A stretch of DNA of 54,874 bases, the filler included, from Sphacelaria rigidula (lineage: Eukaryota), in assembly GCA_964200075.2 (NCBI GenBank). It is 3 parts of 3 records of this genome, joined end to end, with 100 filler letters (N's around TTAATTAATTAA, not from the genome) between each part and the next. Parts side by side here need not be neighbours in the genome. Positions count along the whole stretch, not along the records: positions 1 to 18,230 come from CAXNAA020000889.1; 2 more parts are not named here. The stretch is one strand, 5' to 3'. The notes under the pieces were generated by a model. The model saw nothing but the letters and a program-made list of their open reading frames with translations, searched no databases and was not told the origin of the DNA. Every line of letters starts with the position of its first letter. Within the stretch, counting starts at the first letter, position 1. The position numbers and the translations under genes were made by a program. Below, piece by piece: positions 1 to 12,900 of the stretch.

Positions 1-396
1 AAAGCACTGCTGTTTTCGAGTTGAAACTCATTAAAATGTTGAACCTCAATAACGAATCCAGGCTGTTCGGTCATACTGGCTCATGTATCAAGCTCATCCA
101 ACGTCCAACGATGCTTACATGACCTACTTCGGAGTACATACAGTAGGACAAACGTTGCCTATATTACAATTCTTCTTACTTTGCTTATACTGTATGTCAT
201 TTTTTTACATAACTCGACCGTTTGTTATCGAAAATGCAAGCTTGGGCAAAAAACAACACTGCGGCCACCGCAAAACGCAAAGGTACGAGCCTGGAATGGT
301 CTCAACGCGTAGAGCAAGCCAATCCAAGGTGCCAGCATCCGCCTGGTCCTCTGTTCGGACGTGAAACGACGGAGAAGGGCCAAATAGGCAGTTGAC

Positions 397-670
397 TAGA
401 AACAGTGTTTTCGTGAGATTGAGAGTAAAGGATACGGTTGAGAGTGAAAAGCGGTCAATTAGTGAATGAATCGTTTCAGTTCCGAAATGCTCCTCCACGA
501 GGCCCAATATGCCTCCTGTAGTAGCTTGCCACTGAGGCCCGTGATATCCCTGGAAATGATATCGACGTTTAACTGTAAGCATACGCCAATAATGAATGGA
601 GGCAAAGAAAAGCACCCACGGAATAAAAAATCGGTTAAGCCACTCTCAATCTCACGAAAACGTTGTTTAG
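397..670. mobile_element. MITE-like element with ~28-bp TIRs
   Basis: AAACAGTGTTTTCGTGAGATTGAGAGT (399-425) is the inverted counterpart of ACTCTCAATCTCACGAAAACGTTGTTT (642-668). A related copy lies at ~1810-2012 and an end fragment at 36661-36714. Confidence 0.7.
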
Positions 671-1809
671 AATATTCTTTCTTGCCAGCAGAGTGGCCAA
701 ATGCTACAGAGTAAAAATATCTGGCGAGAAACCGTTTCTGGCGTTCCAGGGGCGATTTTCTACGGAATTTGGGACCTTGCACGTGTGGTGCAACCTTGGT
801 ATGGGTGTATAATCTCCGTGATGATTCTAGTGCACTGTCCTCATCTCTATGCACCGAGGTTGACTTACTTCACGAACGAGAAAGTGTTTCCCACACGACA
901 CTACCCAAAGAAACAAATTCGTCCTCCAAGAAATCTTGGGGAATTAACCGCTGGAATAAAAACCCTTCTTATTCTTCTGTTTTACCGTTGTGATTCGCCC
1001 ACACATATTGTGCACCGACGGATGTCGACCCAAGGATATATGACGAAAGAGCAGCTCTGCTCCTTGGTCATAACCTTTGGTGTAGACTGGTGCTCAGAAT
1101 AGATGACGTGACAAAATAGTCACATACCACACTGTTTAGGACATCACATGTCTAGTCAAGGATCAAACTGGGAGGATAAACGATCGGAGAGAGGCGCAGG
1201 AATACCCTTGAAGAGTGCAGCATCACGGGCCACCGGTGATTCCAAGACTCTCCCGCAACTCCTGGGTCATTTTCGAGGGTTGCGACGTATGATGGGCAGG
1301 TTGAGCGACGTGCAGCAAGCGCGAAGCGGTCATGATAGCGCCCGCTTTCGCGCCTTCCAAAACATTCAAAATTGGCAATAATCTTAATTTTAAATATCGA
1401 ACGCGTCCCATACTCCACACGTACTGCTAAACTCGTCAATACACCAGTAACGTTTCGAATGCGGATATTTTAGCCACCAGCGAGTGGCCACAGATACTAT
1501 CTTCCTGAGGTGACAGCTTCGGTTCCACGAATGAGTTCGGCCGCCCGTAATACCACACCAAGTGTCGGACTAGGCGCACGAGAGAGGGGGAAAGTGTAGT
1601 GCACATGATACTCTCGGAGCTCGAAGAGCATAGCGAATCGTTTCGAGGTGGCACAACTGTCCACTCCTCCTCGATTCCAGCGTAAATTACTCGGAAACGG
1701 CGAGACGCAGTTCAGTACTATCTTCAGCAGGGGTAATCGAGTGAATGTGACCCAACCCGACATCAACATCTCGAGCTTGGTACCTCCTTCATGTTCGTTT
1801 CTAGTGAGC

Positions 1810-2012
1810 ATAACAATGCTTTCGTTAGACAGTAAAGGATACGATCGAGAGATACAGCGGTCAATAAGTTAATAAATCGTTCCGGCTTCGAAATGACCCT
1901 CCGCGAGGCCCCCAATATCCCTGGATAGGATATTGACGTGGCAAGGAACAGCACACACGGAGTGAAACTGCCAAGTGAAAGCTAGCGATCAAGGCCACTT
2001 TCACGAAAACGC
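1810..2012. repeat. Diverged copy of the 397-670 MITE family
   Basis: Shares AGTAAAGGATACG...AGCGGTCAAT...AATCGTT...CGAAATG...CTCC.CGAGGCCC...AATAT and a right end GCCACT...TCACGAAAACG. Confidence 0.6.
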
Positions 2013-3929
2013 CGCTGTATGTCGATCATTCGACTATTACGTCCGGCCGTTTAACCACCAAGCAAAAGAGAGTGAGTGGGTTGTGTTACATAGAATGCAC
2101 GCCTTTCGTATCCAGAATTCGGATGGTTAAGGCGTGTGCACCCTGTCAATGTAGACGATAGCTTCCAGAATCACATCCGAGATCAAGGTCGCGGCATGGA
2201 TGACTGCGGGGTGCACACTGACTTTCAACAAGTTTCGCTCGTATCTCGAAGCTTCTACTGATGTCGAGTCACCCATGTAATGGGGCGCAGTACATCTCAG
2301 TGTGCGGCCAGCAAGACGCTGAAGAGTCTTCCGCCCGGTTGTCCGGGATCATGTGAAAGTTACCGGCAAAATGGGGAGACATCCCGCTGCAAAAATTATC
2401 GACAATAACAACAGAAGCCCGCTGGCCCCTTCGACCGCGGTGCGGGTACATCATCTGGATTGTGCATACTTCTTCCAAGTAAATATTGATACCGATTCAG
2501 CACGGCACCTACCCTTGCTGTCAAAGGGTTGAAAACCCTGACAGTTCGTCTTCGTGCATTCAATTCTTCCACGCTTCCTTTCCTGCTTCCATCAAACTTA
2601 CGGATGCCGGGGACTCGCATCAACCAGGGTGAAAATGCGATGAATCAAAACGGTGTACGCTCGTGGAGGTAGCAGGCGGATACACAACGCGGCGCCGATT
2701 CCACCGCTTCACGTCCTACAACCGATTACAAAACAAATGCGGCAAATATACCGATCATTCCGCGCTCACATATACCGGACGGTGTCCAGAATATATGGAA
2801 TGCTACACATCACCCGCTGCTCACTCCCACGACGTCCAATTTACAGTATTACATCTAGGAACGAGAAGACTCGGGTAACTCTCCAACCCATGATGGGATG
2901 CAGGGGGGGGGGGGGTGACCACATGAGGGAAGTTCCCACGTGCCAACGCGAAGATGTAAACGACATCCCGTTGCTAATGTTATTACTAATCTTGGACCGC
3001 CCCGCCGTCCGCCACATCCTCGACAAATATTCACGCACACTAATCTTGATATATCGGTACATCTCTCCAGTCACACGAAGCACAAACGCCCGCGAAGACC
3101 GTAAACACTTTCCCGCCTTTTTTTCAACCCCACACGAAAAAACCTGGCAATCATGCTTCCCACTCATCTCGGAACATTTTGCGATTGGTCACTCAGCCAC
3201 TCGTGCAAGTGAGATCAACTTGCTGCCAAAAACGAACCAAGGAGTGCGGGTGCGCCCGCCCCGATGCCGATTTTACATGCTATGTACGCTCAGAGCTCTG
3301 CTTTGGCGGCCTGTTGGGTACCGTAACGCGGGTGCAACATCAGGAGATGTGTGTGGGAGGGGGGGGAGGGGGATAACATTACGCATGAAGGTCACGTCCT
3401 AGTTCATGGATTTCCAGTACCAAGAACAGGTACATCTTCAAAGCACAGCATCGAGTAGAGACGGTCATGCGTACGCTCTCATTGCCATCGGTTTTGAAGT
3501 TATCGACAGCTTGTGATCATCGCGTGTGAAAATCGTGACGGTATGTATTAACGCGTGAAGCGTGAATGCAGGAGACGCACCGCCCACGGATTCCATTTGT
3601 TTCCAAGAATCTCATTCCACCCTCTCGGGAAGAAGACCCAAGGGGTCGACAATCAAACTCTAGCATCGACAGCGATTTATCTCGAGTTTTTTCACCACCC
3701 CTCAGATATTTAGTACTCAAGATTGTGACGTCGAAATATACTGTACTTTGGGGATACCACAAGAATGAAGACGAGGCGGTTCCTCACTCCAGGTTACTCT
3801 GACTCTGGTCGAGCTTTCGATTGGATTGGATCGGACGGCATGGGAAAAACTTTTCCGACAATATCGAGCATCGAGCCTCTTGATGAAACCGAGTCGAAGC
3901 GACCGGACGACTTTCCACGCCGTCCTCAC

Positions 3930-6900
3930 CTCCTCCTGACCGTGACCGAAACCGTCAACATGGTCCCACGAATCATCCGAATCATCTGAATCAGAGTCGT
4001 CCGAAGAATCTCCTGAATATAAGTCATCCGAGGAGTCTCCTGAATCACTTTCATCCGAAGAGTCCTCTGAATCATACTCATCAGAAAAATATTCCGAATC
4101 GTAGTCACCCGAAAAGTCTTGCGAATCATCGTCATCTGGAACCTTTTCCGAATCGTTTTCATCAGGGAAATCATGCAGGAACAATTAAGCGACCAGACAT
4201 AAAAATAAAACACGGCGGAGTGAACGGTGAACGAAAAACGAACGGTCTAGGTCAAGGATCGGATCGAATCGGTATCGTTCATGCCGGGGGATACATTTCC
4301 GAGAATATCAAGCATCGTGGCCTCGAGCGCAACCGAGCAAGAGGCAGACAATCGTCCCTCGCGCGGCCCTCACCTCCTGACCGTCATCGACTTCATCATC
4401 TTTGTCTGACGAATCATCTGCCGAGTCATAGTCATCTGAATCATAGTCATCATCATCATCGGCAGAGTCATACTGAAAGAACACGACGACGAGAAAACAT
4501 CAAAGCAAGAGACGAAAAAAAAAAGGAGGACGCGAATGGGGAGGAACCGAGAGCAAAGAAGAAAAAAAAGGGAAGGGAGAAGAAGACGAGGGCCGTACGT
4601 ATATGCAGCAAAAAAAACACAACACGAACAGAAAACAGAACGAGGGCGGGGGGGGCGGTTCGTACATGCAAGGAGCGAAAAAGTCAGACCTCGTTTCATG
4701 CCGCCCGATCCCAGTGGCGTTAGCGCACACAATAACGTTCTCCCCGAAGCTGATGAAGCTGTTAGCAGGAAAAGATGCCACCGTACACCCGCCATGAAAC
4801 ACACATGGCGGAAGGATTTTATCTTCCATCATCCGGCTGGACGTACACAAGATATGCAACTTTGGATGAAGACAGCTTCGAACGAACGTTTTCAGTTTGT
4901 GTGTGAGGTGGGTCGACCGCGGACGTCGTGTCACACTTGTGAACAGGAGCGGCAACAGCTACACTCTTCCATAGGTGACGAACAACGGTGGCTTTCGCCT
5001 TTCAGCTGGTTTGTTGCAAAGAGGGGTACTCACATCTCCGTCTTCCAGCTCGTCTTCCTCCGCCGGCTCCTGCTCGACCAGATGTACCAGGTGACAAGAT
5101 CATTGATGTCAGATGGGGAAATGCATCGAAGAGATAAGGGGACAAATCGAAACATGAGGGATGGGGTCAACACCTAGCGTGCATCAGCGCACAGACCAGT
5201 CGACCGACACAATTACGAAAAATTGACCGGAAATTAAGTCATCTACTCGCCCCGGTGGCTCAGTTGATGACCTCATAACCTGGTGGTTGAGTTGCAGGGT
5301 TCGATTCTCGGAGCGATCTGGGATTTTTTCCTACACCGTACCAAACAGTGGAGAGCGACTATGTCGTGGGTACACAAAATTCGACTCAACGGTCGACGAG
5401 GGAAAGGGACGGAAAGGGACCGCTGAACTCCTCTCGCGATAAAAAATAAAGGCAAGCACCGCAGAAGGAAGGTGGGGTACTAGAAACAAATAAAAAAGAA
5501 GCTCCTGTGTTGACCTTTCTCCTGTGTGACCCCGGCCGATGCGCCCACATATCCCGAAAGGGGTAGACTGGCGTCCACAATAGATGGAATGACGACACAA
5601 AACACGCACATATATTTGTTGTGCTATTTTGGCAAATCGTGTGAAGACTGTTGCCGTATGTTCTCGATAATGCTACCTAGAAGATAAATCATGCCCCACT
5701 AGGCTTGCATATTGCACCACCCGAAAAAAGCAAATAATGTCTGCAAGGAGGGAATGAAAACGTGCTCCTAGGAGATTTCCCACGTCTTCTTTCCTTCCCC
5801 ACGCCCAACACATGGTACAGTACGATTATGCAGCCATTGGGCCATTCACCATGCACTTGCCCGGCTTCAAAGAAATCAGCCGCCACAACCGATCAAAACG
5901 AAAACTTGTCGGGAACATCGGGGACCTGGGACTTGATAGATTCGACCACTATTATACCCCCCTCGAAACAACGTTGGCCAAATCCCAGCGTTCCGAACCC
6001 CACGTCAATTTTTTTTATCCGCAACAAATTTTGATTGCACCAGGGAGGGGTCAACATCCTTAGCCAGTGCGAATCATCACGTACAGAAATCGACGCCAGA
6101 CAAGAATAAGTGCCGTGGCACACGAGAGTTTCCAAAGGGGCTGATCGGCGGCCATGTTAAAACCGCCGAGTGACTGTCGAGCACGCTTTTCACGCCACCC
6201 CCAGTTCTCACCTTGCTTTCCTCGGAAAGATACTCCACGATTCCCGCGGAAGTACGAGGGCCTTCGTATTCGAACGCCTCGCCACTCCTAAAAATCTTGA
6301 GCGTCGGGTATCCACGGACGCCGTACTTGGCCCCTACAGGTTTGTTCTTTTCATCGTTGAGATCGATCTTCCCGAGCCTGTCGGGAGGAGAATGATCGGA
6401 AAAAACATCAACGTCGTTCAATTGACGGGTCCATGTGTATGATGCGACCCACAATTCGCGGGTGTGACAAAATCATCGAAGAGTTCGATGAGGCAAATCG
6501 CCGTGCTCGAAGTTGAAAGATGTCAGTCGCAATTCATCAACACTCGTGGGAATTCCGGATAATCATGCTTTCATGCACGTCGTCGCTACGGAAAAGAATC
6601 AGTTGTGAACGTGTCGACGACTCCTTCGCGAAGCAAGGGTCCCTTTATTCGAGGTTCACGGGAGGAATAACGATCAGAAAATGACATGGCTGCTACCCAG
6701 TCTCCATGGAGATAACAAGGCCTTCACGTCCTTCCTCCTTTATTCCCGAATCGCCTCGTCCCTCGACCACGGATGTGAGGGGTGACCGTGAAGTATGTGG
6801 GGGGAGGACTCATGTACGAGAATGAGGTTTGTTTCCACGTCTCGAATCGGGTCATGTGAACGAACGGCCTTGACATCCCCCTACGAGCCTCGTGACACTC

Positions 6901-9900
6901 AAATAACGGTGCTACCTTGTTTTATGCATTCGTCAATGCAAACACAGGTGTCACGGTTTGAATCACGAACTGAACGTGTACTTCAGAACGTGTTCTCGAG
7001 TTGCCCCACACATCTCGACTTCATTCGCACTTTACGCACGTGGCGATGACAGAACTCAAGAAACATGTGTCGAGATCAAGCATCCCACTTCAGTTGGATG
7101 GATTTCCGCGTTCCGACACAGAGGCAGCTCGACTCACTTGATTGGGGGCTCGTGTCCCTTGAGCGCAATGGAAGCCTTCGTGTACTCCGGGAAGAGCTTT
7201 TTGCAGTGCCCTGGCGAGCGAGGACACGCGCAATGAATGTAACGAAGCCAGAAAAAACAACGAATAAAATAAATCGGCACAGTTCTTCCTCTCATCACCT
7301 CGTGATCGGCGTGGCATCAGTTCACCGTACGTTGCATGAGAAGGTGAATTCCATGACAGTGCGGTTGCGACACATTCTGCACACAACTCACCACACCACG
7401 GAGCGTAAAACTCCACAACGGCGAACTCATTCTCCTCGACGAACTTGTCTAGAGTGTCGATGGTCAGCACCTCCACTTCGCTATCGGCGGGCTCGACCAA
7501 AGGCTCCGCCGGGGGTCTTTTGGGCGCGGGCGGCGGAGGAGGTGGTTCTACGCCGTCCTGTAGACAGAAAGCCGTATCGGGCACCGGACACATACAAAGC
7601 ACGTGCCCGCGGTTCAAATTATGAGATGATCGTATGCTCAATCTCACGCGAGTATGCGGATGGTGAAGGTGTTACGTCTGCTTCACGATACGCCCCGATA
7701 CCATTATTGCAACAACCGATTGCCATGAACGGCGCTTGCCGAAGCACTCAATCGTCAGTTGGATGGCACGTGATCGTGGGTGCAACCAACGCTGCAACCC
7801 CCCTCACCCACCATAAAACCTCGAGTCAGTGTACGAACACTGTCACAAAATATGAGTCAACCACACACTGAACGACAACATAAAGTGAAGATACCACTCC
7901 AGGTGCGTTCTTGGCTCATCTCGGAGGGTGGGAGAGAGGGAGATTCAGGGCAACATGCACCGAAACCAAATTTACCCTCTACGGACGATTCCTCACTTTA
8001 ATAGCCTTGAAGTACTGCATGAGCTGAGGCATCACCCTCGGAGGTTTGTGCTCTTCTGCGCTCTCCACACTTCCCTTGAACAACTACCCCGCAACATTCC
8101 AGTGGTCAATAACAAGTGAGAGAGACGGGGAAAAAACAGGAGGACGGGGAGGGGAGGGGAAGGCGATCGGCTCAAAGCACTCGAGGAGGTGCCGGAATGG
8201 TCAATGTCAATTTTATGTCCTCGATGTCGTGCATGACTCGTGAGCTCAAAACATGCAGTAAACTTTGTAATAAAATTCAAGTACAATTTGAAATACGTCT
8301 GTAGGCCAGGGAATCGAGTGAGAAAATCAAGACTACCGGGTGGCGAGTCAACAGGGGAGAAAAATATTTCTCAGAACCAGACGGTTGTCGGGTGGAGGGT
8401 TGTTAAATTACGAACGTGGTGCGAGCAAGGTAACAGGTTTTCCACCGTGATGGCACCTCACGTCGGCCTTCAGCAGGTCCGAATCGAAATCTCAGAAGTG
8501 CCCGTGCAAGAAAACCGGTTGCCCATGTATTCGAACCTCGTCTCCGGAGGTTTTGCTATTTTAGCTTCATCCGGCACACTTGCCCTGCTGTTGAAGCGCC
8601 AGATTGGCACTCTGCATCAAAGTATGCAAAAGTATGCGAAAAACAACAACCAAGTCTTCGTCCTCCCTCCCATTGGGTTCGAGAGTGAGCGGATGAGGCG
8701 CGGCACTCACAAAACCTCGTGACCGGTAATTTCTTCGGATTATGATCAGACCTTATTCCGCCTAGCATGCTCCTGTAGGGAAGTGCTCCAGAAAGCACGA
8801 ATCGGCGGCACGGTTGTTGAAGCTCTAATTCGGAATCACAGGGATACCCAAGACCCAAGGTACTCACCCGGAAGCTTGGGAAGCCACTGATCCCCATCTT
8901 CTGTTTAAATTCCTTGTTCTCATCCAATGTACAGTCCATCTGCAGATGCCGTCCAACCAGAAGAGTGCGGGAAAGAGGCCGGGAAAGACGGACGGGAGCG
9001 GGAGCGGTTGGCGGTTTCTCCCAAACCTTCGCGTTTCCACGTGTGCACCAAGTCCAGCTCAAACTTTCCCAATCCCCAAATGTCAGGTTTTGCAGTGCTC
9101 GTTGCTGGTATACCACGCTTTGAATGCACGGATCTTCCCCTTGGCATGAGAGTACATCGAATTGCAGATGAAGCAACAAGGAATTCCTGTCCGGGTGCAT
9201 TCTACATCCCAAACAGGCTATATTGTCCGGAAGTGCACTGCGTCCAGTATCGACTTTTGGGACTGCTGCACAAGACACTACACTCTATTCAGTGCCCACT
9301 TTACTTTTCGACAGGGTAATCTTTTGTCGGGGCTGTGGTGCATTTCGCGTTTGTGATCGAGAATCATCAGCCTGCGCTCCACAGTCTTCAGTACACCTTG
9401 TCACCTCACTTGCCCTAAACCTTGGTGTTCCTACAATTCCACTTTTATACGAAGCAGTAGATGCATACCTCCAACCGAATGAAGGGGAACCAAACGAGCA
9501 AGCGATAAACAAGTTATATAAGAACAAGCACCACCAACCCCGAAGGCAGATGCAGCACATTTCTCATCCTACGGTTTGGATCATTTTACACACCTTCGCG
9601 AAGACGATGTTGGGGTCCACCTCCTTTATTTTCTCAGCGGCCTCCGACAGCGCCGGGGCGAGTTTTTTGCAGTGCCCACACCCTTCATCATTCACGTGCG
9701 TGCAAAATACGTGCAAAAGGTACGGTGTCAAGCTGCAGCAAGTTATTCCGATGACGCATCTTTTTGTAGGCTTCACCGGAGTTGGGCTACACCTCATCCA
9801 TGGTTGACCCGGACCCAAGGCATACCTTGTAGCCCAACTTCAGGTGACTAGTTTGACAGGAGGACAAATTTGTAAGGTTGCGATCATCGGACAGCTCATC

Positions 9901-12900
9901 AACTACCTCGATTACTTCTCGTACTGTACAGATCCGGATCATGAGCTCACTCATTTGGCCCCTTTCCCCATTTTTGCCCCCACTGGTACTTGTCAAGAAG
10001 GACACCAGCTCTCCGCCTTCTACTCTGCCGTCAAGTATTTCGTGCTTTCCGGACGTTCTCCCGACAAGAGATCCGAGAGCCCTTTCCGATTGGTTATTCC
10101 ACGTAGCTCATGAGATTATCCGACGTGTGTAAGGTTGTGTTCTGTAGGGTATACCCGAAAGTGGCGGATTTTTGGTTGGCATCCAAGACCATACTGATGT
10201 GTGCATCAAACGTCCGGGTATGGTTCGACAGGCGTGTGCAGCCCTATTCCGAACAATGTCATGGTCAGAAGGATAGGTGTCGATGACTGTCTCTCCTACT
10301 CGATAAATAGTCCAACTAGCTGGACTTTAATCAGTATACCCTGCACAGCACAACGTTGCAAATTTCAATACAACGCTCGTTGTATACTATAGGGATTTCA
10401 CCAGTGAAACTTCAAGATCTGGCTGACTTCTCGAGTATGCAGATTGTCGGAGTAACGATTCTGTTTCGCTTCGGACGATGATGAGACTTCGGTCAAGCAG
10501 GGCACAAATAACGTGTGGGGGGGGGCGTCACATTTGGGTAATCTGTTTCACGATTCCCCAACCTTACTTCCCATTCTTGAAACTTCGGGCGGACTTTTGC
10601 CCATGATGGGTGTACTTTCAACAAAGAAGGGGGGACTCACTACTGTGGTGACTAGCCCGCTATACTTCTTCATACAATGTCAACGCACGTGCCAAGGATA
10701 GTGATGCCGAGCTCGGACTATGAATGCAACAAAATTAAGTCAAGATTGATGAGAATTGACCGCGAGATGTTGACTCCCAACTTGCAGACCACGCTGGATA
10801 CCACCTTTCCGCATAGTAATGGAAACATCACATCATGTTCTCAAACCGACCCGGACCGCAGCAGAGGTCACGAGTTGATCGCCGGGTATATCTACTGCAA
10901 TAATAGGAAAACACCTTCCAACAAACGCTGCACGAAACAAAAGCGTAACAAGATGACAAATTTTGACGAAAAGGTTTGTTTTTTTTGTTTTTTGGCTCCA
11001 CTGTGGAGACATGAGGAAAGTTGGTGCGTCATTTTCAACGTCCTGTGTGTGGGCGGGGGGGGGGGGGGTATGAAGCGCCACGGGTCGGCTTCCTGTGCCG
11101 AGAAACCCACGATTAAAGCACTGCAGTTGCGGTACAGTTCGACCAATTCGGAGGGGACGCGAAGCGGGGTCTTGCTCCAGACATCCAAAATAAAAGCTGG
11201 GACCACGGGGCAGGGCAGAGAAAATCCCGAGGCAGGTAGCCCACGACGCATCAGTGGTCGTTCAGGCTCTCATTCACCGGCAAAACTGTGCACAGTACAA
11301 AAAGTATTGCACCGTTTGTATCGAACACAAGCAAACAAGTACTGACTCACGACCTTCACGTCTGCCCCGATCGAAAGTGTGCTGATTCCATTGGATCCGA
11401 ACGCAGTCAAATAAAGGAACTCAATCCCCCGCATCTCGTGTGAGTCAAATACATTTCGATGGGTGCGTATTTTAGCACTCCATTTTTTTATCGAAAAAGT
11501 GGGATCGATTTTTTCTCGATCCTTCATTTCCACTGCATATCCGTTCCTAAAAGGCTTCAGCTCGTTCCTATCATGAGTCGATCGAAAACTTGAGGTCAAA
11601 AAGCACGAAGCGGCCCTGGACCCATCCCACAGGCAACCACGCCAGATGCCACGAGTTCATAGAACCATGCAAAATTCACACAACTCATTCTTAGCCACCA
11701 CCGCAACCCTGCAGCATAGAGGACGAGTGGGTACAGAAATAGATACTGTGGCAGTTGGGTATGCTTCGTTTCTTCTCCGTTGGCGAAACCTCGAGTATTT
11801 TTCATGGGAGGGACCGGCGACACAAGTGCATAGTGAAGTGGGCAATCGGCTTGGGTACACGCTTTTGACAGTGCAGGCAGTACAAAGCTCCACGTTGTTC
11901 GAGTCATCTTCACGCCGCATGACAAGCAGGCACAACAGATAGTCAGGCGTTGTCCGTGCACCACGTTCCCCGCTTCTTTTCACATCCACTTGTATGAAAC
12001 ACACAAACGCACACGCAGACATGCTGCATGCAAATAGTAGACTCTGTCCTTTACACAAGCGACCGATCATATATTTTTTTAGATCGAAAGCTCGGAAATT
12101 CGACTGGACCGAACGCGACAAAATTAAACGAATTTCGCTCACATCATTTCCACCGCCCCTTGTTTTCCGTTAAAAAAAATCGCTGAGGCCATTCCGTGTG
12201 GCAGTCACAAAAACGGATCTGAACGCAGATCAGGGGACCTGACCCGGAAAAGCCTTGAATGGGCCCTCACTTGGTCTAAATCGCCGAAGCTCAGATTCGT
12301 GTGTCGCGATTTCAGAAGGGCTTTCCCCGAATCTGAGCGCACATTTGGGGGAAATCGACGTCTCCCGAATTTGTAGGAAGTGTTGTACGTACACTGTGAC
12401 GTTCAGTGATGGGGCAGCAGGCGTTCAATATTTTACAACCTCAGCAGCAGGTAAGTCTAGTGACAGCACAGGGCGTGGCTTCCGGCGCCAGCTGCTGCAG
12501 CCGCTTCGCACCGGGTTTGTGGACCGGATAAAAAGTGTTGACGCCGCACCCTGCTACAATGATCTGTCATGCTGCACTGCGCTGCTGTATGTGTGGTGAT
12601 GACGGTGCTCTACCATCCTACACTCTGCTGTCGACGTATTTGAAGGGTTCCGGATGGCACTAGACTCATGAGGTCTTGTCGCACACTTTGCACCTTTCTC
12701 GCAATACCGACTGTATCATGTACTGCCACACGGCATCACCGTGTACTGCACTGCATCATGCCCTTGGGTACAACCGTACGACGCTGCTCTGCACACCACG
12801 ACCCTGTAGGAAATAATCTCTTGTGACAGAACACCCCCGACAAATCCGAGAAGCCATAACGAAAATAGGCTTACACATGAATCCGAGTCTTCCCGATTTG

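Noticed and set aside
2520-2585. HEDEL-encoding stretch as the PDI terminal exon
   Set aside because: Preceded by an in-frame TGA, not followed by a stop, and not in phase with the nearby acceptor.
5249-5320. tRNA gene
   Set aside because: A and B boxes are present, but I see no complete cloverleaf or T-run terminator, and it continues into a multi-copy body, so it is a SINE head.
6463-6897. Solo LTR (TGT...ACA)
   Set aside because: No target-site duplication and no second copy.
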